Shown here: piece by piece, positions 53,936-61,832 of the stretch
Numbering within the stretch: position 1 is the first letter of the stretch
Layout of the letters: each line of letters starts with the position of its first letter
Notes under the pieces: generated by a model
Database searches by the model: none
What the model was told of the DNA's origin: nothing
The model's input: only the letters and a program-made list of their open reading frames with translations
Made by a program: the position numbers and the translations under genes
From: Clostridiaceae bacterium
Lineage (GTDB): Bacteria > Bacillota > Clostridia > Oscillospirales > QAMX01
Assembly (NCBI GenBank): GCA_018384365.1
Contig: JAHAYX010000001.1
Coordinates: 101,678 to 165,677, forward strand
Reading direction: 5' to 3'
DNA length: 64,000 nucleotides

Positions 53936-55249
53936 TCAGCGGTAATCCCCCAAAAAGTCCTCATTTGCCGCAAACATATCGTCCACCATGTTCTGAATTT
54001 CCGACAAACTCAGCACCGATGAAGTCAGCGGGTCAAATGCCACCGCATGATAAATCTTGCGGCGGCTTCTTGCAAAGAAGCCCTCCACAGCCAGTTCCTC
54101 GCAGCCTGCGGAAACATTGTTTAAGATGGCAAGCTGGGGCGGCAGCGGTCCCACGTGAATCGGACGCAGCCCCGCGCGGGATGCCTCCACCGGCACCTCC
54201 ACACAGGCGCCCGCCGGCAGATTGTCAATCAGGCCGAAGTTGCGCACATTTCCGTTGAACTCAAAAATCGTGCCGTCACCGAACACTGCGTTAAAGATCG
54301 ACGAGGCATACTCTTTCCCGCGTTCCAGCGGGATTTCCTCCTGCGCCAGCCATTCGCGGATCGAATCCTGCCAGGTATGCTCACGATCCAGATACTCGTT
54401 CAGAATATAGGCATACCGGCCCGGGTTCCAGCCCGTTCCGTGCGTGCAGTACTTTTCAATCAGATCCTCGCGCTTGCGGAACCACGCCACATACTCGGAA
54501 TTGTGCCCGGATGACTCCGTGACATAGTAGTCCAGTGCCAGGAACATCTCGTTGCGCACCTGTTCCTCGTTATAAATCTCCGGATTTTCCAAAGCCTTGC
54601 GGATCAGCGGATAGGCATCCTCGCCGCGCACTTTGTATTCCAGATAATGCGCCTGATGGTTGATGCCCGCGCAGAGATAGGTCACATCCTTCATATCGGC
54701 GCCGATCCAGCGTGCCAGCATTTCGGCCGTACCCTGCACGCTGTGGCAAAGGCCCGTCACATTGGCCGTACTGGCCCCCTGCATGGCGCGGCAGAGCATC
54801 GCCATGGGGTTCGTATAGTTTAAAACGATCGCATTCGGGCAAACTTTTTCCACGTCACGGATGATATCCATCATCACAGGCGCCGTACGCAGGAAGCGGA
54901 AGATACCCGCAGGCCCGCGCGTATCTCCCACATTGATATCCACACCATAGCGTTTCGGTATTTCAATGTCCGAGCGCCACACCTGCACGCCGGCCGCCAG
55001 AATCGTAATCAACACGCCGTCCGCGCCCTCCAGCGCTTCCAAACGGCTCGTCGTTGCGGACAATGTTGCCGGATAGCCGCCCGCACGGATAATTTTTTCA
55101 CAGGCCGCGCGGCTGTAATCCAGACGGACGGGGTCAATGTCCATCAATGCAATATGCGCATCCCGGAATGCCGGGAACGACAGAATATCCCGCACCAGAT
55201 TCCGCGTAAAGCCAAAGCTTCCCGCTCCGATAAACGCGATTTTCTTCAT
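53936..55249 (-). CDS. Glycoside hydrolase family 4 alpha-glucosidase/alpha-galactosidase
   Basis: NAD-binding N-terminus [14 protein letters not shown] and the GH4 motifs NYTNPM and CHSVQG. Confidence 0.9.
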   Translation of the reverse strand: MKKIAFIGAGSFGFTRNLVRDILSFPAFRDAHIALMDIDPVRLDYSRAACEKIIRAGGYPATLSATTSRLEALEGADGVLITILAAGVQVWRSDIEIPKRYGVDINVGDTRGPAGIFRFLRTAPVMMDIIRDVEKVCPNAIVLNYTNPMAMLCRAMQGASTANVTGLCHSVQGTAEMLARWIGADMKDVTYLCAGINHQAHYLEYKVRGEDAYPLIRKALENPEIYNEEQVRNEMFLALDYYVTESSGHNSEYVAWFRKREDLIEKYCTHGTGWNPGRYAYILNEYLDREHTWQDSIREWLAQEEIPLERGKEYASSIFNAVFGDGTIFEFNGNVRNFGLIDNLPAGACVEVPVEASRAGLRPIHVGPLPPQLAILNNVSAGCEELAVEGFFARSRRKIYHAVAFDPLTSSVLSLSEIQNMVDDMFAANEDFLGDYR

Positions 55250-55320
55250 ATCTTCACCTCATCTGCCGAATTGGCCGGTCGGATGCAGACCGCTGCCGCA
55301 CGCCGGCGTATTTTCCTGCA

Positions 55321-55905
55321 TCAGGAGAGTTCGCTTCTCGAAAAAGTGATCTGGATTGCCATGCCCGCGTCGCAGTCCGCCTCGCGGAAATCGGAAAGCA
55401 GACCCATGCGCAGTGTATTTCCCCTCGTGCCCAGCTTCACATACAGCGTCACCGGAATTTCCGGTTCTATTTTCGTTTTTTCGCTCAGCCACGAGCTGCC
55501 AACCATCATGCCGTCCGGGAAACGCTCCTCCAGTTCCATTGTGCTCCCGGAATATCCGTTTTCTCCGATCTCCAGAAGGCTGCACTCCCCGTCCTGTATC
55601 CGGATGCCGACGCGGTTTCCGGTCATCTCATTCACACTGCCCGCCGAAGCGCCGCCGCTGACCCATTTCCCGTCCTGATACAGCAGAACATCAATCCGCA
55701 CAGAGCGGATGATATCGTCGTCCACCGCATAGTCAAAAAACACCGTTTCGTCGCCGATTGCCTTCAGAATCTCCCTGGTTTCCTCGGACAATTCCGCCGG
55801 TTCGATAAAGCTCGCCTGCTCCACTTCTCCGCCGCCGCACGCCGGCAGCAGACACAGCAGCAGTGCCGCCAGCAGCAGCGCGGCAATTCGTTTGATTTCG
55901 TTCAT
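55321..55905 (-). CDS. Hypothetical lipoprotein
   Basis: Start set at MNEIKRIAALLLAALLLCLLPACGG (lipobox LPAC). No domain recognised. Confidence 0.6.
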   Translation of the reverse strand: MNEIKRIAALLLAALLLCLLPACGGGEVEQASFIEPAELSEETREILKAIGDETVFFDYAVDDDIIRSVRIDVLLYQDGKWVSGGASAGSVNEMTGNRVGIRIQDGECSLLEIGENGYSGSTMELEERFPDGMMVGSSWLSEKTKIEPEIPVTLYVKLGTRGNTLRMGLLSDFREADCDAGMAIQITFSRSELS

Positions 55906-56086
55906 TTTCTTCTCCCGTTTTCTGAAAACAACTGTTTTGGACTTATTATAGCATCCCGCATACCGAAAAGCAAGATTTTCCATCTGTGCAGCGATCCGTT
56001 TCCGAACCATATCTTGATTCACCTTCCGCCCGGTGGTATAATTTAAGAAAATATGTTGACAAAATACGCTTCCAAGAGGAGTTTTT

Positions 56087-58741
56087 ATGAAAATATTAGC
56101 GATTGACGGCAACAGCATCATCAGCCGTGCGTTTTACGGCATCCGTCCGCTCACCACAACGGAAGGCATCCCCACAAACGCCATTTACGGCTTTCTTTCC
56201 ACCTATCTCAAAACGTGCGAGGAGGAATCCCCGGATGCCGTCGCCGTGTGCTGGGATCTGAAATCGCCCACCTACCGGCATATGGAATACGCGGCGTACA
56301 AAGCCGGACGCCGCCCCACGCCGCAGGAACTGCTTACGCAGATTCCGCTGATGAAGGAAGTCCTGCAGGCCATGGGCGTGATGTGCTGTGAGCTGGAGGG
56401 CTATGAGGCAGACGACCTGCTGGGCACCATCAGCCGGATCTGCGAGGACTGCCCGGACTGCTCCTGCGTCATCCTGACCGGTGACCGCGACAGTTTTCAG
56501 CTGGCCGGCCCCTCCACGCGCATCAAGCTTGTCACAACAAAGGCCGGGCACCCCGTCACCACGGACTACACGCCCGAAACCATTCAGGAAACCTTCGGCG
56601 TCACGCCCGCGCTCATGATCGATGTCAAGGCGCTCATGGGCGACGCCTCCGATAACATTCCCGGCGTTGCCGGCGTCGGTGAGAAAACCGCGCTGACTCT
56701 GGTTCAGAAGTATGGCGGCATCCGGAACATCTATGACAAGCTCCCCGAGCTGGATATCCGCGACAGCCTGCGCAAAAAACTTGCGGACGGGGAGGAAAGT
56801 GCCTGGATGAGCCGCCGTCTTGCGGAAATTGACCGCACTGCGCCGCTTGCTTTCACGCCGCAGGCCGCGATCGACCTTCCGGCGGACGAAGCAAAGCTCT
56901 TTGAACTCCTGCGCCGTCTGGAACTGCGCAGTTTTATCACACGTATGCGCCTTTCTCCCGCCGCCGTCCCCTCCGCGCCGCGCGAACCGGAGCCTGCCGC
57001 CGTGCCTGCACGGTTTGCTGCCGATTCCGCCGCGCTTTCCGCGCTGACGGAAAAGCTCCGCGCCGCAGAGGATGTCATCCCGCTCATCTGTCAGGAAAAT
57101 CTCGACTGGGTCGCGCTCTCCTGCGGAGAAGATGCCTGGGTTGTGCGCCGCGATGATTTCCCGGCGCCGGACTATGCCGCGTTTCTCGCACTTTTGATGT
57201 CCGATGGCATTTCTAAAACCGGCCATGATATCAAACACATACTGGTGCGGCTTTTTGAGCAAAAAATCCCTTTCGGCGGCTTCTCTTTTGACAGTGCGGT
57301 TGCGGCCTATCTCTGCAATCCCGCGACCGGAAAATACGAACTTCCCCGTATCGCCGCCGCCTATCTGGATACCGAGCTTCCGCCTGCCGCCTATGAAGAA
57401 GAAACCGCTTTCTCACCGCTTTCCGACAACGCTGCGGCGCTTACGGCCATCGCCGCGCATCTTGCGGCGATAGCCCGGCTGCGGAAGGTTCTTACGGCAA
57501 AGCTGGAAGAGCAGGGCATGACCAAACTCATGTTTGATATGGAGCTGCCACTCACGGAAGTGCTGGCCTATATGCAGGCTATCGGCTTCCGCATCGACAA
57601 AAAACGCCTGGTAGACTACGGCGAGGAACTTGCCGCACGCATCGCCTGGCTGGAAAACGCCATATACGAAGCCGCGGGCGAGCAATTCAACATCAATTCG
57701 CCGAAACAGCTCGGCGAAGTCCTCTTTGAAAAACTGGGACTGCCCTCCGGCAAGAAAACCAAATCCGGCTATTCCACGGATATCGACGCGCTCCGCCGCA
57801 TCGAGCCGCTTCATCCCATCGGCGGACTGCTGATCGAATACCGTCAGCTGGCAAAGCTCAAGTCCACCTATGCGGACGGCCTTGCAAAGGTCATTTCCCC
57901 GGCGGACGGACGCATCCACTCCAGCTTCAATCAGCTCGTCACCGCCACCGGACGCATCAGCTCCACGGAGCCGAACCTGCAAAATATCCCCGTCCGTCAG
58001 GAACGCGGCGCGGAGCTGCGCCGGATGTTTGTCGCGGAGGAGGGATGGCTGCTCGTTGACGCAGACTATTCCCAGATCGAACTGCGCATTCTTGCGCACA
58101 TTTCAAACGACCCCGGCATGAAAGCCGCGTTTGCCGCCGGCGGCGACATTCACCGCATGACGGCGGCCTCCGTCGAGGGCGTGCCGCCGGAGGAAGTCAC
58201 GCCGCAGATGCGCTCCCGCGCCAAAGCGGTCAACTTTGGTCTTGTCTACGGCATGTCAGACTTCACGCTGGCCACTAATATCGGCATCAGCCGCGCGGCC
58301 GCGCGCGAATATATCAACAACTATTTTACCATGTTCCCCGGCGTGCGCCGCTATATGGAGGAAATCAAGGCCCGCGCAAAGGAAGAGGGCAGTGTTTCGA
58401 CGCTTTTCGGACGCCGCCGCCCTCTGCCGGAAATCAAATCCTCGAATTTTAACGTCCGCGCCTTCGGCGAACGCGTTGCGCTCAACACACCGATTCAGGG
58501 CACCGCCGCCGACATCATCAAGCTTGCCATGGTGGCGGTTTACCGCCGCCTGCGCCGTGAAAATCTGCGCGCCCGCCTGATTTTACAGGTGCACGATGAA
58601 CTGATCGTGGAGGCGCCGCGCGAGGAAGCGGAGTATGTCCGCCGGCTTCTCACGGAGGAAATGCAGAACGCCATGCACCTCGACGTCACGCTCGTTGCGG
58701 ACGCAGCAGTCGGCGAGGACTGGTACAGTGCGAAAGGATAA
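56087..58741 (+). CDS. polA: DNA polymerase I
   Basis: 5'-3' exonuclease N-terminus (LAIDGNSI, GDRDSFQL), central domain and polymerase motifs A (DYSQIELR), B (RSRAKAVNFGLVYG) and C (QVHDEL). Confidence 0.97.
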   Translation: MKILAIDGNSIISRAFYGIRPLTTTEGIPTNAIYGFLSTYLKTCEEESPDAVAVCWDLKSPTYRHMEYAAYKAGRRPTPQELLTQIPLMKEVLQAMGVMCCELEGYEADDLLGTISRICEDCPDCSCVILTGDRDSFQLAGPSTRIKLVTTKAGHPVTTDYTPETIQETFGVTPALMIDVKALMGDASDNIPGVAGVGEKTALTLVQKYGGIRNIYDKLPELDIRDSLRKKLADGEESAWMSRRLAEIDRTAPLAFTPQAAIDLPADEAKLFELLRRLELRSFITRMRLSPAAVPSAPREPEPAAVPARFAADSAALSALTEKLRAAEDVIPLICQENLDWVALSCGEDAWVVRRDDFPAPDYAAFLALLMSDGISKTGHDIKHILVRLFEQKIPFGGFSFDSAVAAYLCNPATGKYELPRIAAAYLDTELPPAAYEEETAFSPLSDNAAALTAIAAHLAAIARLRKVLTAKLEEQGMTKLMFDMELPLTEVLAYMQAIGFRIDKKRLVDYGEELAARIAWLENAIYEAAGEQFNINSPKQLGEVLFEKLGLPSGKKTKSGYSTDIDALRRIEPLHPIGGLLIEYRQLAKLKSTYADGLAKVISPADGRIHSSFNQLVTATGRISSTEPNLQNIPVRQERGAELRRMFVAEEGWLLVDADYSQIELRILAHISNDPGMKAAFAAGGDIHRMTAASVEGVPPEEVTPQMRSRAKAVNFGLVYGMSDFTLATNIGISRAAAREYINNYFTMFPGVRRYMEEIKARAKEEGSVSTLFGRRRPLPEIKSSNFNVRAFGERVALNTPIQGTAADIIKLAMVAVYRRLRRENLRARLILQVHDELIVEAPREEAEYVRRLLTEEMQNAMHLDVTLVADAAVGEDWYSAKG

Positions 58742-58744
58742 CGC

Positions 58745-59170
58745 ATGAAAGTACTCTTTGTATGCACAGGAAACACCTGCCGCAGCCCCATGGCGGAAGG
58801 CATCTATAACGCAAAGGCCGAGCCGCTCGGCCTGGAGCCCGCCGAAAGCGCCGGCATTTTTGCCGTGCCCGGCGATCCCGTCACGCCAAACGCCGTCACG
58901 GCGGCTGCCGAGTACGGCGCAGACATTTCTGCCCACACCGCACGCCTTGTCACAGCGGAACTGCTTGCCGCCTGCGACCGGATCTACTGCATGACGCCGT
59001 CGCACCGGGCCGCCCTCGCCGCGCGTTTTCCGGACTGCGCGGCAAAATGCCGCCTGCTCAGTGAGCAGGGTATCCCGGACCCCTACGGCGGCGATCCGGA
59101 CTGTTACCGCCGCACAGCCGCCGCAATCGCCGCCGCGCTCGACGCCGTGCTGCGGGAGGCGCAGGCATGA
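58745..59170 (+). CDS. Low-molecular-weight protein tyrosine/arginine phosphatase
   Basis: P-loop CTGNTCRSPMAE and a C-terminal DP motif (IPDPYG). Confidence 0.9.
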   Translation: MKVLFVCTGNTCRSPMAEGIYNAKAEPLGLEPAESAGIFAVPGDPVTPNAVTAAAEYGADISAHTARLVTAELLAACDRIYCMTPSHRAALAARFPDCAAKCRLLSEQGIPDPYGGDPDCYRRTAAAIAAALDAVLREAQA

Positions 59171-59637
59171 ACCGGTCCGACCGCTTTGAATGGGTGGAAT
59201 TAACTGCCCGGTGGCTTTCCGAAATGGAACGCTTGGAACAGACCTGCTTCACCGCACCCTGGAGCCGTGCCGGTTTAGAAAGCGATCTTCTCAGCCCCAC
59301 ATCGCGCTGGTACGGTGCGGCAGACCGGCAAACCGGACGCCTTGCCGCATTTCTCGGCGTCCACATCTGTCTGGACGAAGCGGAAATTGTCAATGTGGCC
59401 ACACATCCCGACTACCGCAGACTGGGCCTTGCAGAAGAGCTGCTGCGCGAATTTCTCCGCCTGCACCCCGCCCTTTCTCAAATTTTCCTGGAGGTGCGGG
59501 AGTCCAATACCGCAGCGCGGATGCTTTATGCCAAATTGGGCTTCTCCGCCTATGCCGTTCGCCGGAATTACTATGAAAAACCAACCGAAGACGCAGTTTT
59601 AATGCGTCTGCAAATCAATCGGAGGGAACTATGCTGA
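59167..59637 (+). CDS. rimI: Ribosomal-protein-alanine N-acetyltransferase (GNAT)
   Basis: GNAT motif A (RRLGLAEELL) and its position immediately upstream of tsaD with overlapping junctions. Confidence 0.8.
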   Translation: MNRSDRFEWVELTARWLSEMERLEQTCFTAPWSRAGLESDLLSPTSRWYGAADRQTGRLAAFLGVHICLDEAEIVNVATHPDYRRLGLAEELLREFLRLHPALSQIFLEVRESNTAARMLYAKLGFSAYAVRRNYYEKPTEDAVLMRLQINRRELC

Positions 59638-60650
59638 CTCTTGGAATTGAAAGCTCCTGCGACGAAACCGCCGCGTCCATCAGCCGTGACGGACGCGAAA
59701 TTCTCTCAAATGTCGTGCTCTCGCAGGTCGATATGCACGCCATTTATGGCGGCGTCGTCCCCGAAATCGCCTCCCGTAGCCACGTTGAGGGCATACACAG
59801 CGTTGTCAGCCGCGCGCTGGCCGACGCCGGCGTCACGATTGCCGATCTGGACGCCATCGCCGTCACTTATGCGCCGGGCCTCATCGGCGCGCTTCTCGTC
59901 GGCGTGAACTTTGCAAAAGGACTCGCCTTTGCCTCCGGCAAACCGCTGGTTCCGGTGCACCACATCCGCGGCCACATTTCGGCAAACTACATTGCCTTTC
60001 CGGAACTCCGGCCGCCCTTTACCTGTCTGGTCGTCTCCGGCGGCCACAGCCTGATCGCCGACGTGCGCACGTATACGGATATGGCCATTCTGGGTTCCAC
60101 CCGCGACGATGCCGCCGGCGAGGCGTTTGATAAAGCCGCCCGCGTGCTGGGGCTTACCTATCCCGGCGGCGTGCAGATCGACCGCCTTGCCGCAGACGGC
60201 GACCCGCACGCCTATGCACTCCCGCGCGCCAAGGTGGAGGGCGCTCCCTGGGACTTTTCCTTCTCCGGACTGAAAACTGCGGTTCTCAACACGGCCAACC
60301 GCGCCGCGCAAAAGGGCGAGGCGCTGGACCGCGCCGGACTTTCCGCCTCGTTCTGCCGCGCCGTAGCGGACGAACTCGCCCCCCGCGCCATCGACGCCGC
60401 GCTGCACTGCGGCCACGGCATCCTGACCGCCGCAGGCGGTGTCGCCGCGAATTCCTTCCTCCGCCGCGCCCTGGAGGAAGGCTGTGCAAAACACGGTCTG
60501 AAGCTGTACATTCCGCCGGTTTCCCTCTGCGGCGATAACGGTGCCATGATCGCCTGCCAGGGCTATTATGAGTATCAGGCAGGCATCCGCGCCGGCGCAA
60601 ATCTCAATGCGTTCCCGACTATGGGCATTGATGAACCCCCGCGTATCTGA
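59631..60650 (+). CDS. tsaD: tRNA N6-adenosine threonylcarbamoyltransferase
   Basis: N-terminus LGIESSCDETAA, metal site VHHIRGH and GGVAAN. Confidence 0.95.
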   Translation: MLTLGIESSCDETAASISRDGREILSNVVLSQVDMHAIYGGVVPEIASRSHVEGIHSVVSRALADAGVTIADLDAIAVTYAPGLIGALLVGVNFAKGLAFASGKPLVPVHHIRGHISANYIAFPELRPPFTCLVVSGGHSLIADVRTYTDMAILGSTRDDAAGEAFDKAARVLGLTYPGGVQIDRLAADGDPHAYALPRAKVEGAPWDFSFSGLKTAVLNTANRAAQKGEALDRAGLSASFCRAVADELAPRAIDAALHCGHGILTAAGGVAANSFLRRALEEGCAKHGLKLYIPPVSLCGDNGAMIACQGYYEYQAGIRAGANLNAFPTMGIDEPPRI

Positions 60651-60780
60651 GTTTTTGCGTACCCCCCTGCCGCTCCCTCCGATTCTTTCCGGAAATCGAT
60701 ATTACATATACTGGTTGTAATCATTTTGTAATATAATTCGTCTACGAAAGGATTATGTAACCCATTTTCACGCCTTAACC

Positions 60781-60884
60781 TGTGGAAACTCCGGATCACT
60801 TTTCGCTTTCAGCCGCAAAACCCGCTGTTTTTCCCCTGTTTTTTCCCACAGCCCTGTGGAAAAGCCTGTGGAAAGTGTGGATAA
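60781..60884. promoter_or_regulatory. DnaA-box cluster
   Basis: One perfect box: TGTGGATAA at 60876-60884 (reverse complement TTATCCACA). An 8/9 box at 60855-60863. 7/9 boxes at 60781-60789 and 60867-60875, and one oppositely oriented at 60842-60850. Confidence 0.6.
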
Positions 60885-60984
60885 CTTTTCGTTGAACCGG
60901 TTTCGCGCGGCGATTACGTCAACCGCATTCCGGGATAGATCCAATCCGCGCACCCTGTTTCCCGCAGAAAACTCCAACAGATAC

Positions 60985-61023
60985 AAAAACCCCTGCCGGA
61001 CCTCAGTCCGGCAGGGGTTTTTC
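60985..61023. terminator. Bidirectional terminator (ppiase gene / tsaD side)
   Basis: 13-bp stem ACCCCTGCCGGAC/GTCCGGCAGGGGT flanked by an A-run and a T-run. Confidence 0.85.
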
Positions 61024-61029
61024 ACTGCC

Positions 61030-61614
61030 TTAATCCAAAATCTTAATGGTTGTAATAACCGGCTGATCCTCCACAGGAGCGCGGCCGTTTATACCCTTTT
61101 CCGCGGCGTCAGCCATCATGGCATCCACAACGTCCATTCCCTCTGTCACATGGCCGAAGGCCGCATACAGCCCGTTCAGCGCCGTCGCATCCTCCACGCA
61201 GATAAAGAACTGACTGGACGCGCTGTCATAGGCGCCTTCAAAGCCGTCACCGCGCGCCATGGAAATCACGCCGCGCCGGTGCGAGATGGAGTTGCGGTGG
61301 CCGTTTGCTGCAAATTCGCCTTCGATGGTCTCGCTGGAACCGCCGGTACCATCACCGTTCGGATCGCCGCCCTGTATGACAAAGTCCTGCGCCAGACGGT
61401 GGAAGGTCAGTCCGTCATAAAAGCCTTCTTTGGCAAGCTTCATGAAGTTGCGCACCGTTTTCGGCGCGGTTTTCCCGTCCAACTCCACAAAAATGGAACC
61501 ATACCCCTCGACTACAATTTCTGCATGATGAATTCCCGCGCTGCAGGCTGAAAACAGTACCGCGCACAACGCCAGACACAGGAAAAGCGCCGCCGCTCTT
61601 CTCAGACTTTTCAT
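61030..61614 (-). CDS. Cyclophilin-type peptidyl-prolyl cis-trans isomerase, lipoprotein
   Basis: Lipobox LFSAC, and the cyclophilin motifs FHRLAQDFVIQGGDP and SQFFI. Confidence 0.9.
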   Translation of the reverse strand: MKSLRRAAALFLCLALCAVLFSACSAGIHHAEIVVEGYGSIFVELDGKTAPKTVRNFMKLAKEGFYDGLTFHRLAQDFVIQGGDPNGDGTGGSSETIEGEFAANGHRNSISHRRGVISMARGDGFEGAYDSASSQFFICVEDATALNGLYAAFGHVTEGMDVVDAMMADAAEKGINGRAPVEDQPVITTIKILD

Positions 61615-61760
61615 GGTTTGTCTCTCCTTTGCACAACTTTCAGTATCCGGTTTCGCTTATGATGATAGCATTTTTTTCTCCGGACGGCAAGCAGGCACAC
61701 GGAAATCATAGTTTTTTTACAATTCTATGCCGCCGTGCGCCGAGCTTTTTCAAAAAAGGA

Positions 61761-61789
61761 TTGCATTTTCCGCAGGAGTATGGTATCAT
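61761..61789 (+). promoter_or_regulatory. Promoter of the SLH-YceG-amidase gene
   Basis: TTGCAT, 17 nt, TGgTATCAT (extended -10), 44 nt upstream of the ATG. Confidence 0.5.
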
Positions 61790-61832
61790 GATTGTAACCA
61801 CTTTGTAATCTTATTGACAGCAGGTGTAACTT

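Noticed and set aside
60700-60890. Possibility that the DnaA boxes plus the adjacent AT-rich stretch are the chromosomal origin oriC
   Set aside because: There is no dnaA, dnaN or rpmH nearby, and only one perfect box. The context (downstream of tsaD) matches a known non-origin DnaA-box cluster in Bacillus. GC-skew analysis of the whole genome would settle it.
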